A stretch of 64,000 nt of DNA from an uncultured Candidatus Rokubacteria bacterium. GTDB lineage: Bacteria > Methylomirabilota > Methylomirabilia > Rokubacteriales > DASRDR01. Below are positions 50,342 through 60,158 of the stretch, in pieces. The notes beneath the pieces are model-generated. The model worked only from the letters and a program-made list of their open reading frames with translations, made no database searches and was not told the origin of the DNA. Location of the stretch: assembly GCA_963805625.1 (NCBI GenBank), contig CAWDVE010000022.1, positions 15,194-79,193 on the forward strand, written 5' to 3'. The translations under genes and the position numbers were made by a program. Every line of letters starts with the position of its first letter. Positions within the stretch are counted from its first letter, which is position 1.

Positions 50342-51008
50342 ATGGGGTGCGGAATGTGCCGCTTCGGAAGAACGTGATGCACCAGTCGCCCGCCTTGGCG
50401 AGCTCGCGCTTCAGGCCCTCGGCGTCGTTGTTGAGCAGCTCGTCGCGAGTCGGCGCCTTCTTCGTGTCCTCGTATTCCGGCTTGTAGGCGCAGAAGCCCT
50501 CGCCGATCACCGTCTTCTGCTGCCGGTCGATGACCCGGAGGCGAGCCGAGTAGAGGATGCGGTAGTGGCTCCAGTCCGTCGGAAAGTAGATGAACATCCA
50601 GTTGATCGTCTTGACGTCCAGGATCAGATCGGCCTCCCCATAGGTTTGCACGAGCGCCCCGATGTCGTCGGACTGGGAGACCTTCGGCTCGGATGTCGAG
50701 AGCTGGAGCCCGTACCGCTCCACGAGCGTTTGCGCGGCCTCTTGGCTGATGCGGACCGCCGGGTCCTCGACGGCGTGTTCCCGGACGATCTCGTTTCCCG
50801 CCTGGATGATCAACGCAGCACCGATCACACCGAATCCAGCCTTGCCCGCGGTGTAGGCGGCAAAGTCCGGCTTCGGATACACGCTGCGCTGCAACGTCCG
50901 ACCCGCGAATCGACTCGATTCGGACTCGGGCAGCGGAGCCTGCCGGACGGCGACGCAACCGCTGACGATGACGGCGCACACGAGGAGCAGGATTCGCAAC
51001 CGTGACAT
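50283..51008 (-). CDS. Putative lipoprotein
   Basis: MSRLRILLLVCAVIVSGC lipobox; 3' end overlaps the convergent gene and may be non-native. Confidence 0.75.
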   Translation of the reverse strand: MSRLRILLLVCAVIVSGCVAVRQAPLPESESSRFAGRTLQRSVYPKPDFAAYTAGKAGFGVIGAALIIQAGNEIVREHAVEDPAVRISQEAAQTLVERYGLQLSTSEPKVSQSDDIGALVQTYGEADLILDVKTINWMFIYFPTDWSHYRILYSARLRVIDRQQKTVIGEGFCAYKPEYEDTKKAPTRDELLNNDAEGLKRELAKAGDWCITFFRSGTFRTPSTPAAAPGTPPRGAATPPA

Positions 51009-51357
51009 GTCCCATCCCTCCCTCTCCGGACCCGTTCGCACGCGATGCCAGAGGGTGCTTCCCGGGAGGGCGAGGCATGTGCATCCCGAGGCCCTCCGCT
51101 GGATAGCGGAGCCCACGGTATCGCGCGAACACGGCGCTGGCAATGCCTCCTCCGCCTGGTGGAGTCGCGCGCGGCGTTTCGTCGATGTCGATCACAGACC
51201 CCGGAATGAGCGTGCTGCGCCGCGCCGGATCTGAATCGGGGTGGGTCTGGGGGTGACCCACCCGGCGCGGCGGTGACCCGCGCGTGGTGGTCCTGCCCGC
51301 GGCGGCACGGCGCCGCCGACGCGCGCCTCATCCGCGTCACCCGGAAGGAGCCCGGCC

Positions 51358-51738
51358 ATGGCCGGCATCAATTGCGTCTTCCTGCTCGGCCGTCTCACGC
51401 GCGACCCTCAGATCCGCCTCACCCCGGATGGTGCGGAGGCCCGCTTCGCCCTCGGGATCGAGTACCGGACCCGCGACGCCGCGGGCGTCTGGCGCACGGT
51501 TCCGTGCCTCGTCGAGGTCGTGGCGGTCGGCCGCCAGGCCGACCTCGCCGGGGCGCATCTCCGGAAGGGGCGCGCCGTCTTCGTCGAGGGGCGCCTTGAC
51601 GGCGACGGGGTAGAGTCGGCGGACCGGCTGCGCGTCCTCGCCCAGCGCCTGACGTTTCTCCCGCGCGTCCTCGGCGCCCAGCCTCGGGACAACGGTGAGG
51701 TCGCCGTCGTACCGACCTGGATCGATCAGGAGGGCTGA
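51358..51738 (+). CDS. ssb: Single-stranded DNA-binding protein (element-type)
   Basis: INCVFLLGRLTRDPQIR, HLRKGRAVFVEGRL. Confidence 0.85.
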   Translation: MAGINCVFLLGRLTRDPQIRLTPDGAEARFALGIEYRTRDAAGVWRTVPCLVEVVAVGRQADLAGAHLRKGRAVFVEGRLDGDGVESADRLRVLAQRLTFLPRVLGAQPRDNGEVAVVPTWIDQEG

Positions 51739-51741
51739 GCG

Positions 51742-51955
51742 ATGGAGACCCTCGTCGACGTCGTCCAGCTCGATCTCGTGCCGCTCGTGTCCCGCGGCCC
51801 TGAAGGAGATGGCGCGCTTAACGGCCGCCGTCGAGGGCGTCGCGCGCGAGCTCGACCATCTCACTGCTGAGCTCCGGGACGGTGAGCTCCGGGACACGAA
51901 CCGGCTGCTCGGCGCACTCCTCGGTCAGCTCGGCTGCCCCTACGAACGGAGGTAA
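51742..51955 (+). pseudogene. Small coiled-coil hypothetical, +1 frameshift
   Basis: AGGAGG RBS, METLVDVVQLDLVPLVS / AALKEMARL..; 214 nt. Confidence 0.45.
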
Positions 51956-51958
51956 CCC

Positions 51959-52732
51959 ATGAACCGGACGCTCCTCGAGCACCCCTTTGACCTGGCCCAG
52001 ATCAAGCAGCGGAAGGGCCGGAACGGCGTCCTCGACTACGTCGAAGGCCACACGGTGATCGCGCGCCTGAACACGGCGCTCGACGGCGCGTGGTCGTTCG
52101 AGGTGGTCGCCCACGAGGTCCGGGACGACGAGGTCCTGGTCCTCGGGAAGCTCACGGCCGCCGGCATCGTGAAGATGCAGTTCGGCGCGTCCCAGGTGAC
52201 GCGGGACCGCGAGACCAAGGCGCTGATCTCGCTCGGCGACGACCTCAAGGCCGCCGCCACCGACGCGCTGAAGAAGTGCGCGACGTTCCTGGGGGTGGGG
52301 CTCTACCTCTACGCGGAGCGCCCGCTCCGGCCGGGGCCGGCACGGCCCGCGTGGGTTGGACTCTTGCCGGGGGCAGTCCCCGGGACGGTGGCACCGGCGC
52401 CGGACCGGAACGACACGGGCGGGACCGCGGCCGCGCCCTCGCGTTCGCCGGCTCCGACCCCGACTCCCAGCCGCTCCGGAAGCAGCGCCACCGCACGATC
52501 GGTATCGGCGACCCCGGCCACCCGTGAGGCTGCTACGGCGCCGCCGCACGGCGGTGCCGCCACGCCGCGCCAGCTCTCAGCCATCTGGCGGATCGCCCGC
52601 GCCAAGGGGGTCGACCCCGGGGCGGTGGAGGAGATGAGCCTCCGGGCGTTCAACCGGAAGCCCGACGCCCGCACACAGAACGAGGCGTCCGCCCTGATCC
52701 GCGAGCTCTCAACGATGCGGCGCGTGGCCTGA
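51959..52732 (+). CDS. Rad52/Rad22-family single-strand annealing protein
   Basis: LEHPF...IKQR.G...LDYVEGHTVIARLN, WSFEV, KAAATDALKKCA..GVGLYLY. Confidence 0.85.
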   Translation: MNRTLLEHPFDLAQIKQRKGRNGVLDYVEGHTVIARLNTALDGAWSFEVVAHEVRDDEVLVLGKLTAAGIVKMQFGASQVTRDRETKALISLGDDLKAAATDALKKCATFLGVGLYLYAERPLRPGPARPAWVGLLPGAVPGTVAPAPDRNDTGGTAAAPSRSPAPTPTPSRSGSSATARSVSATPATREAATAPPHGGAATPRQLSAIWRIARAKGVDPGAVEEMSLRAFNRKPDARTQNEASALIRELSTMRRVA

Positions 52733-52757
52733 CGGCCACGCGCCTGGTCTGACCCCG

Positions 52758-52799
52758 CGGCCGGGGAGGGCTGACGCCCTCTCCGGCCGCTTTCGTTTC
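52758..52799 (+). terminator. Stem-loop with T-tract
   Basis: GCGGCCGGGGAGGGC-tgac-GCCCTCTCCGGCCGC TTTCGTTT. Confidence 0.6.
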
Positions 52800-52848
52800 A
52801 TCACGCAACGCATCCGACCCGCCCCGCGGGGCGGGAGGAGGAACTCCC

Positions 52849-53676
52849 ATGGTGCCGCCCAAGCTCCGCCAGGAGCCGCACGTCAGCTTCACCCAGCTCG
52901 ACACCTATCTCCGGTGCCCGCTTCGCTACCGGCTCCAGTACGTGGATCGCGTCGAGCCGGACTTCGTGCCAGCCGCCCTCGCCCTCGGCTCCGGCATCCA
53001 CGGGGCGGCGGCCTTCCTGTTCCGGGGGATCGCCTAGGGCGCCCGCCCGGACGTGGCCGGCGTCCAGGGCTACTTCGCGAGCCTCTGGGCGCTTGAGACC
53101 ACCCACCGGCCGGTGCGGTTCGGGGAGCGGGACTCCCCGGAATCGCTGCTCGACCTCGGGACCCGCATGCTCGCGGTCCTCTGCGCCGAGGTGCCCGACG
53201 CGACCGAGGTGGTCGCCGTCGAGTCGGCGTTCGCCGTGCCGCTCGTCGACCAGGCGACGGGCGCCGTCCTCGACCGGGACCTGGTCGGCACCCTCGACCT
53301 CGTCGAGCGCGATGCCGACGGGCGCCTGGTCGTGGTCGACCTCAAGACCGCGGCCCGGAAGTACTCCGACCTCCAGGTCGAGGCGTCACTCCAGCTCTCG
53401 ATCTACAGCTACGCGACCGCCATGAACGGCCTCGCTGACGAGGCCGACCTCCGGCTCCGCTTCGATGTGCTCACGAAGACCAAGTCGCCCGAGCTTCACC
53501 GCTACTGGACCACCCGCGACCGGGCGGCCAACGTCCGCCTCTACCGGCTGGCCGCCGAGGTCCTCGGCGCTGTCGAGGCGGGCGTGTTTCCGCCGCGGGT
53601 GGGCTGGCACTGCCCCGACTGCCCGGTGCGGAGTCGGTGCTGGGCGTGGGGGACCGAGCCGGGAGAGCCGTCTTGA
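52849..53676 (+). pseudogene. PD-(D/E)XK (RecB-like) nuclease with in-frame TAG
   Basis: SFTQLDTYLRCP, GSGIH, G.LDLV, VVDLKT, QLSIY, C..C....C; TAG at 53035-53037. Confidence 0.85.
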
Positions 53677-53711
53677 CCTCGCCTGCCGCTGCGCCAAAGA
53701 TCGAAGACGCC

Positions 53712-54047
53712 ATGGCGCTCGAAGCCCGACCAGGTATCGGCGAGCGAGGCGCCGGGATCCGACGCCAACTCGGGCTGTCGCAGGCCGCGTTCGCGCGGCT
53801 CCTTGGCGTCAGCCGGAACACGCTGGCCAAAGCGGAGCGCGGCCACGTGCCACGGGCCGTGACCCTCGGCCGCGTGGCGCGTGCCGGCGGGGTGAGCGTC
53901 GACTGGCTGATGCAGGGGTCGCGAGACTCGGGCGCGGGCCGAGACCAGGCCTGGGAAGAGGCCGTGGGAACATTGCGCTCGGTGTGGCGGCATCCGCGTC
54001 GCCGGCGCTTGGTCATCGAGGTACTGAGAGCGCTCGACCGCCACTGA
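53712..54047 (+). CDS. XRE-family HTH regulator
   Basis: IRRQLGLSQAAFARLLGVSRNTLAKAERG..VSVDWLMQG. Confidence 0.85.
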   Translation: MALEARPGIGERGAGIRRQLGLSQAAFARLLGVSRNTLAKAERGHVPRAVTLGRVARAGGVSVDWLMQGSRDSGAGRDQAWEEAVGTLRSVWRHPRRRRLVIEVLRALDRH

Positions 54048-54123
54048 GGGGTGGTCAGGTGAAAAGGAATCGCGGCCACGGGGCAGGCTGAGTGGGCCGC
54101 GAGAGCAACCGGGGAGGCTTCCG

Positions 54124-54783
54124 ATGGATCTCGGCACGGTCGATCATCTCCTGACAACGACGCGCTCGGTCCGTCGGCGCCTCGACCTGTCTCGGCCCGT
54201 CGAGCCCGAGGTGATCGAACGCTGCCTCGAGATTGCGATGCAGGCTCCGAGCGGCGGGAACCTGCCCTGGCCCTACTTCGTCGTGGTCACCGATCCGGCT
54301 AAGCGGGCGGACCTGGCCGGGCTCTACCGCAAGGTGTTTTTCGAGGAGTACGCGCCGACGATCTCAGCGGAGCGCCGGGTGACCGACCGCAGGAACGTCG
54401 AAGCCTGGACCTACCTCGCCGAGCACCTCCACGAGGTTCCCGTCCACGTGGTCGCCTGCGTGCAGGGGCGCGTGGACGGCAAGCCGCCGTTCATGGCTGC
54501 CTCGCGGTATGGCAACATCCTGCCCGCCGCGTGGTCCTTGATGCTGGCGCTCCGGGCGCGCGGTGTGGGTGCCGCGTGGACCACGCTTCACCTCCGGTAC
54601 GAGGAGGAGGCGGCCCGACTGCTCGCGATCCCATCCGACGTGACCCAGGCTGCCCTTCTGCCCGTCGCCTACTACCTCGGCGTCGACTTCAAGCCAGCCC
54701 GGCGCGTGCCCGCCCGGGAGCGCACCTACTGGAACCGCTGGGGCGCCATGCGTCCGGCCGGTGGTGGACCGCCAGCAGCTTGA
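54124..54783 (+). CDS. Nitroreductase family protein
   Basis: TTRSVRRRLD, AMQAPSGGN, LALRARGVGAAWT. Confidence 0.9.
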   Translation: MDLGTVDHLLTTTRSVRRRLDLSRPVEPEVIERCLEIAMQAPSGGNLPWPYFVVVTDPAKRADLAGLYRKVFFEEYAPTISAERRVTDRRNVEAWTYLAEHLHEVPVHVVACVQGRVDGKPPFMAASRYGNILPAAWSLMLALRARGVGAAWTTLHLRYEEEAARLLAIPSDVTQAALLPVAYYLGVDFKPARRVPARERTYWNRWGAMRPAGGGPPAA

Positions 54784-54869
54784 CACGGCCATCGTAAGGC
54801 CAGGATCGCGCGGGTGCCGCCCACACGGGGTCGCGAGTTGTGAGCCGGAGTGAGACGGGGCGGAAGGAG

Positions 54870-55385
54870 GAACCTAGGCAGTGAAAACGGCCTTTCTTGC
54901 CCCCGCCACACGGCCTGGTGTCCGCCCAGGTGTCGCGTCATCACGGTGGGGCGTCGCGTCATTACGGTGGGCGGAGTGTAGCGCGCGGCGGAGGGGCCGG
55001 CAAGACGACGGGAGGTCGGTGAGATGAGGGCCGGAACCCGTCCCGCCGGGTCCGCGAACAGACGGGGGCGGCGGCGCCGGCGGTGGGCGCGATCGCGCGG
55101 GGTCAGGCGGCGGGGGCAGGCCGCCCCGGCGGTGGCTCGGGCGCCAGCCCCAGCGCCGCGAGGAGCCGCCGCACCGCATGGGGTTCGGTCACCGCGCCGA
55201 GGATCCGCCGCCGGCCCCCGCAGCGATCGCACACCAGCACCTCAAGGCCGAACACCCGCTGGAGTAGCCGAGCCCAGGGCCAACGCCTCGGGGCGCGCGT
55301 GTCGACGTCTCTCCGTGAGTCGGGCGGCGATGGCTTCGGAACGATGGCCGCTCTCCAGCGCGACCGCGGGCCGAGGAGCCCAGCC
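54870..55385 (-). mobile_element. IS91-like transposase C-terminal remnant with oriIS-like end
   Basis: LLGPRSRWRAAIVP, WARLLQRVFGLEVLVCDRCGGR..AVTEPHAVRRLL; tail ends GCCGTTTTCACTGCCTAG-GTTC. Confidence 0.72.
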
Positions 55386-55601
55386 AGGACAGGCGGCGCG
55401 GTCGCAGTGCCCGAGGTATCGCGCACACGCGATGCAGACCGCCACCGGGAAGGGCTTCACGGGAGACTCCGGGTCCAGCTCATCGACCGTCCACACACAC
55501 TCGGCGACCCACGCCCAGGCGTCCCCGAGGTAGCGGCGCCGATGCTGTTCCAGGGCGACCTGCTGGCGCGCGTGCTGGAGGTCGGCCAGCGTGGGGGTCA
55601 T
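55385..55601 (-). pseudogene. Phage terminase large-subunit-like N-terminal fragment
   Basis: WVAECVWTVDELDP..PVKPFP, coupled to the DUF5681 gene, cut by the IS91-like remnant. Confidence 0.45.
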
Positions 55602-55954
55602 CCGTCGGGGCGTGCGGGGCCATCGCGGGTTTGGCCGGCGATCTCCTCCAGCAGCGCCGAGAGCTGCACGAGCTGCGCGTCGGGAAGAACCGTCAGGTCC
55701 GCGGGCAGAAGTGCGCCGCCTTCAGGCCCGGAGTGCTCGAGTGCTTGCACGGGCCGGCCCCAGCCGCGATCAAGCACCGCTTGCGCAGCCGCCACGCGGG
55801 CCGACTCGTTTTGGCCGTGCTGCATGATCTCGACGAGCGCCAGGAGGGCCGGCTCCGTGTAGGTGCGGGCGAGCGCGCGGATCTCCGCGAGGACCCGCGG
55901 GCGGCCCCCTGGGTTGCCACTCACGCCCTTGGGGAAGGGCCGCAGGTTCCTCAC
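55598..55954 (-). CDS. DUF5681 / terminase small-subunit-like protein
   Basis: RPFPKGVSGNPGGRP, ARVAAA..VLDRGWGRP, EHSGPEGG. Confidence 0.78.
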   Translation of the reverse strand: MRNLRPFPKGVSGNPGGRPRVLAEIRALARTYTEPALLALVEIMQHGQNESARVAAAQAVLDRGWGRPVQALEHSGPEGGALLPADLTVLPDAQLVQLSALLEEIAGQTRDGPARPDG

Positions 55955-56029
55955 TGTTCGGCCACTGTTCTGAGTGGGGCGCCAGTTCGCGCTACCGGTT
56001 CCTACCTTGCTACAGTCGGGGCGACGATG

Positions 56030-56255
56030 CACGCTGAATCCAGGGACGTTCCCGTCCAATCGCCGATCAGCGGGATGTCTCCCGGGGCCCCGAAGGAAAC
56101 GAATTGACCCGTCGGTGGTGAGGTGTTGCTATTGCTGAGGTAGAAGGTGCTGGTGCTGGGCCGGTAGACGCCAACCACATCAGGACAGGGCGGTCCACAG
56201 AGTCTCCGGACCACGGGGAGGTCGCCCGGAGCCCCGAACGGGATCGTGAAGGCCA
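56030..56255 (-). pseudogene. FG-GAP/VCBS-like repeat fragment
   Basis: FGAPGDLPVV..VGVYRPSTSTFYL..FGAPGDIPLIGDW. Confidence 0.6.
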
Positions 56256-56528
56256 CGGCGGTCAGCGCGCCCAGCAGGCGCCGCACGGCCTCCGGCTCGG
56301 TCACCGGGACCCGACCCGCGCCTTCACCTCCGTGCGTATGGCGGCGGCGCACATGGCGATGATCGCCGACCCGCTCACGGAGGCGATCGCCCAGCAGTTC
56401 CCCGAGCGGTTCATGGCCGCGCGAAGTACCGCCGGACGCCCGTCCTCGACGCGGGGGCGCCCCGGTCACGCCGGGGCGCCCTTCGTCCGTGCGAGGTCAG
56501 CCGTTGTCGCCGCCGCGGCGGCACGCGA

Positions 56529-59500
56529 TCACCCGCGGAGGAGGCGTTCGAGCTCCTCGCGCGCGGCCTGCACGCGCGGCCATTCCTGGAAGGACCGGCG
56601 GAGCGCGGCGTCCGGCGCCCGCGCGGCAACCAGGTCGATGGTCTCGATGCCGATCCGTGCCGTCGCGCAGGCCTCGTCAGGGCGCCGGGCTTCCGCCTGC
56701 GCCCGCGCGAGCAGATGGGCCGCCTGCCAGGTGAGGGTGGGGTACTCGATCCGGCGCCCGATCGCCAGCGCCTCGCTCAGCTCGGTCATGGCGTCGTCCC
56801 AGCGGCGGCCATGGATCGCCAGCTCGCCGCGGAGGACGTGGCACTTGCCCAGGTACTTCGCCGATCCGGTGGGACGCGCCGTCGTCGCCGCGCGGTCGAT
56901 CCACGCGAGCGCTTCGTCACCCCGCCCGAGGGCGACGAGCGCCTCGGCGAGGCCGACCGACACGCGCATGTCCCATCGCCAGCGGTGCGAGCCGAGCCCC
57001 TTCTCCACCCGCCCGACCATCTCCTCGAAAAGTGACAGCGCCGGCCCGAGCTCCCCGCTCCGCACGAGACTCCCGCCGATGTCGAGCCGAGCGCTCACCT
57101 CGATGTTGCCGATCTGGTGGTGTCGGCCCAGCTCGGCTGCCTCGCGGTTGAACTCCAGCGCGCTGCGGAAGTCCCCGAGCTCCTGGTGGAACCAGCCGAG
57201 GCTGTTGGTGATCCGGCCGATATTGTAGTGGCTCTTCCGCTCCCGGGACTTGACGAGGGCGTCGTCGAGCACCGCGCGTGCCTCGGCGTGGAGGCCGCGC
57301 CCGATGTGGGCTAGGCCGAGGTTCCACAGCGCGAGCCCCTCGTTGAACTCGTCGTGGATCGCGGCCGCCTCTCGTGCCACGCGGCGCTGGATCTCGATGG
57401 CCTTGTGGAACTCGCCCCGCCAGTTGTGGAACAGGCCGAGGAACATGAGGCCGTGCAGGTACAGCTCAGGCGCGCCGAGTGGCTCTCCGAGGCGGACCGA
57501 CTCCTCGATCAGCCGGGTGGCCTGATCCATTTCTCCATAACTGCTGTGCACCTGTCCACGGGTGGCCAGCGCCTTAGTGAGGATCCGGTCGTCCCCGATC
57601 TCTCTGCCGATTGCCGTGGCCTCGTCCGCGTATCGTGCCGCCACGACCTGGTGCTCCCAGAGCAGCGTGAACCCATGGGTGAACGCGAGATCGGCGAGCG
57701 CCTCGCCCTCCAGCCTCCGGTCGCCGGCAGCGCGAGCCAGCCCGAGCATCTCCTCCAGGCCCTTGATCGCCTCATCGTTCTTCGCCACGACCACCTGGAG
57801 CCGACCCCGCCGCTGGTAGACTTCGAGGACGGCCGCCAGCGGCAGGGCCGGCGTCACGCGCGAGGCGACCTCGATCGCGCGAGCGTAGTGGGTGATGGCG
57901 GCTTCGTTCGCATAGGTACCGCGGGCCTTGTCGCCCGACCGGACCAGGTACTCGAAGGCCTTGGCCCACGCCTCGCCCTGCGCGAAGTGATGGGCCAGCT
58001 CCTCGTCGTGGTCGGCGAGCCGGTCGGCGTAGAGCTCCTCGATCGCCTGACCCACCGCGCGGTGGAGATCGCGCCGCCGCTGCACGAGCAGGCTCTGGTA
58101 GGCGACGTCCTGGATGACGGCGTGCTTGAAGATGTAGGCGGGCTCGGGCAGGAGCCCCAGCTCGTAGACGATCTCGAGCGTCTTGAGCTCGCCGAGGAGG
58201 CCGTCCAGCTCGTGCGTGAGCCCGGCGATGCGCCCGAGGAGCCGCTTGAGGAACTGGCGCCCGATCACCGACGCGAGCTGGACTGTGCGCTTGCCGTCCT
58301 CGCCAAGCCGGTCCAGACGCGCCATGATGATGCCCTGGATCGTGTCGGGGACGCTAACCTCCTCGAGCCGCCGCACCAGGCGAAAGCCGCCGTTCTCGCG
58401 GCGCAGCACGCCGACGTCGAGCAGCGTCTTCGTTACCTCCTCCACGTAGAGCGGCACGCCCTCGGCCTTGGCCATGAGCGCCTCACGCAACTCGTTCGGG
58501 AAGTCCTGCGTGCCGAGCACCTGGCCCGCCATCGCCAGCGACTCCGCGTCGGACAGCGTGTGCAGGGTCAGCGTGGTGTAGAAGCTCTTGCTGCCGAAGG
58601 GAGGCGTGTAGCCGATCCGGTAGATGAGGACCAGCAGGAGGGGCACGCTCGCCACCGCATCCATCAGGGTGGTGAGGTACTCCTCGGTGCTCGTGTCCAC
58701 CCAGTGGAGATCCTCGAAGACGAAGACGATCGGCCGGATCTGGGCGCCGCGCAGTGACATGGCGCGCACGGCGTCGAGGATCCGGCTGCGGCGCGCGGCC
58801 GCGTCGATGCCCGACACGACCGGGTCGCCGGGGTCGACGGCGAGCAGATACCTGACGTACGGGATGTGGGCATCCAGCCCGCCCATGCGCCGCATGCCGT
58901 GCTCGATCTTGGCGACGATCTCTGGCTCGCCGTCGAGCTCCTCAATCCCGAAGTTGCGCCGGAGCTGGTCTATGACCGGCAGGAACGGAATCGACTGGCC
59001 GAACGAGACGCACTGGCCCTCGAGCCAGGTCGCGTCCTCGCCCGCGTCCGCGAGGCCCCGGCGGAACTCGAGGAGCAACCGCGACTTGCCGATCCCCGCC
59101 TCGCCGGCCACGAAGACCACCTGTCCACGCCCCGCGCGCGCTTCGCGAAAGCGCTCGCGCAGGGTCTCGAGCTCGCGCTCGCGCCCGACGAGCGGGGTGA
59201 GTCCGCGCTCGACGGCGGCGTCCAGGCGCGAGCGCCGCCCGCGGACCCTCACCACCTCGTGAGCCCGCACCGGCGCGTGGCCCCGCACCGTCAGCTCGCC
59301 GAGGTCGAGCATCTCGAAGAAACCGCCGATCGCCCGCTGCGTCGCCTCGCTGACGAGCACGCTGCCGGGGCGGGCGGCCTGCTGCAGACGCGCCGCTACG
59401 TTGGTGGTGTCGCCGACCGCAGTGTAATCCATGCGGAGGTCGTCGCCGATGCGCCCGACGACGACGGGGCCCGTGTTGAGGCCGATGCGCATCTGGAGGG

Positions 59501-60077
59501 CCGGCCCCTGGCGGCTCTCGAGCTCGCGGCTGAGGTCGCGGATCGCGCGCTGGATGCCGAGCGCGGCGTGCGCCGCCCGGCGCGGGCTGTCCTCGTGCGC
59601 GATGGGCGCGCCGAAGAGCGCCATGACGCCGTCGCCAGTGTACTGGTTGATCGTGCCCTCGAAGCGGTGCACCTCGGCGGTGATGGCCTCGAAGCACCGG
59701 TCGAGGATCGCGTGGACCTCCTCGGGGTCGCGCGCCTCGGCGAGGCTCGTGAACCCCGCGATGTCAGCGAAGAGCACGGTGACCTGGCGGCGCTCGCCCT
59801 CGATCGCCGAGCGGGCCTTGAGCACTTTCTCGGCGAGATGCTTCGGCGTGTACGCGGCGACGGCACGGGCGCGCGGGGCGGAGGTGGCCGCCGGGCGCGG
59901 GGTCTCCGCCGGCGCGGTGGGAGCCGGCGCCAGGCGGTGACCACAGGCGCCGCAGAAGCGCGCGCCCGCGCCCAGCGTCGCGTGGCATTGCGGACAGCGC
60001 GCCTCGAGCGGCGCGCCACATTGCTCGCAGAAGCGGTTGACGGCAGGATTGTCGGCTCGACACGCAGGGCACTGCAT
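56529..60077 (-). CDS. Second class III adenylate/guanylate cyclase with zinc ribbon, AAA/STAND and TPR domains
   Basis: TVLFADIAGFT, YTGDG, GDTTNVAARL, GEAGIGKSRL, EDLHW. Confidence 0.92.
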   Translation of the reverse strand: MQCPACRADNPAVNRFCEQCGAPLEARCPQCHATLGAGARFCGACGHRLAPAPTAPAETPRPAATSAPRARAVAAYTPKHLAEKVLKARSAIEGERRQVTVLFADIAGFTSLAEARDPEEVHAILDRCFEAITAEVHRFEGTINQYTGDGVMALFGAPIAHEDSPRRAAHAALGIQRAIRDLSRELESRQGPALQMRIGLNTGPVVVGRIGDDLRMDYTAVGDTTNVAARLQQAARPGSVLVSEATQRAIGGFFEMLDLGELTVRGHAPVRAHEVVRVRGRRSRLDAAVERGLTPLVGRERELETLRERFREARAGRGQVVFVAGEAGIGKSRLLLEFRRGLADAGEDATWLEGQCVSFGQSIPFLPVIDQLRRNFGIEELDGEPEIVAKIEHGMRRMGGLDAHIPYVRYLLAVDPGDPVVSGIDAAARRSRILDAVRAMSLRGAQIRPIVFVFEDLHWVDTSTEEYLTTLMDAVASVPLLLVLIYRIGYTPPFGSKSFYTTLTLHTLSDAESLAMAGQVLGTQDFPNELREALMAKAEGVPLYVEEVTKTLLDVGVLRRENGGFRLVRRLEEVSVPDTIQGIIMARLDRLGEDGKRTVQLASVIGRQFLKRLLGRIAGLTHELDGLLGELKTLEIVYELGLLPEPAYIFKHAVIQDVAYQSLLVQRRRDLHRAVGQAIEELYADRLADHDEELAHHFAQGEAWAKAFEYLVRSGDKARGTYANEAAITHYARAIEVASRVTPALPLAAVLEVYQRRGRLQVVVAKNDEAIKGLEEMLGLARAAGDRRLEGEALADLAFTHGFTLLWEHQVVAARYADEATAIGREIGDDRILTKALATRGQVHSSYGEMDQATRLIEESVRLGEPLGAPELYLHGLMFLGLFHNWRGEFHKAIEIQRRVAREAAAIHDEFNEGLALWNLGLAHIGRGLHAEARAVLDDALVKSRERKSHYNIGRITNSLGWFHQELGDFRSALEFNREAAELGRHHQIGNIEVSARLDIGGSLVRSGELGPALSLFEEMVGRVEKGLGSHRWRWDMRVSVGLAEALVALGRGDEALAWIDRAATTARPTGSAKYLGKCHVLRGELAIHGRRWDDAMTELSEALAIGRRIEYPTLTWQAAHLLARAQAEARRPDEACATARIGIETIDLVAARAPDAALRRSFQEWPRVQAAREELERLLRG

Positions 60078-60158
60078 CCGGGCGCGCCTCCGTGCAGCGA
60101 TTCTACACGATCGCTAGAATCCCTCGCGTGGCGATAGTGATCCTCGGGTCCGGGCCGA

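Noticed and set aside
38030-53037. Stop-codon recoding (TGA in DHFR-like gene, TAG in nuclease)
   Set aside because: TGA and TAG terminate many normal genes here; single nonsense mutations fit the general decay.
52849-53676. cas4 gene
   Set aside because: Context is ssb/annealase with no cas1/cas2; a generic PD-(D/E)XK call is safer.
54259-55950. GAACCTGC in the nitroreductase and DUF5681 genes as junctions
   Set aside because: They fall in plausible continuous coding (GNL, RNL), as do other in-gene copies, so GAACCTGC alone is weak evidence.
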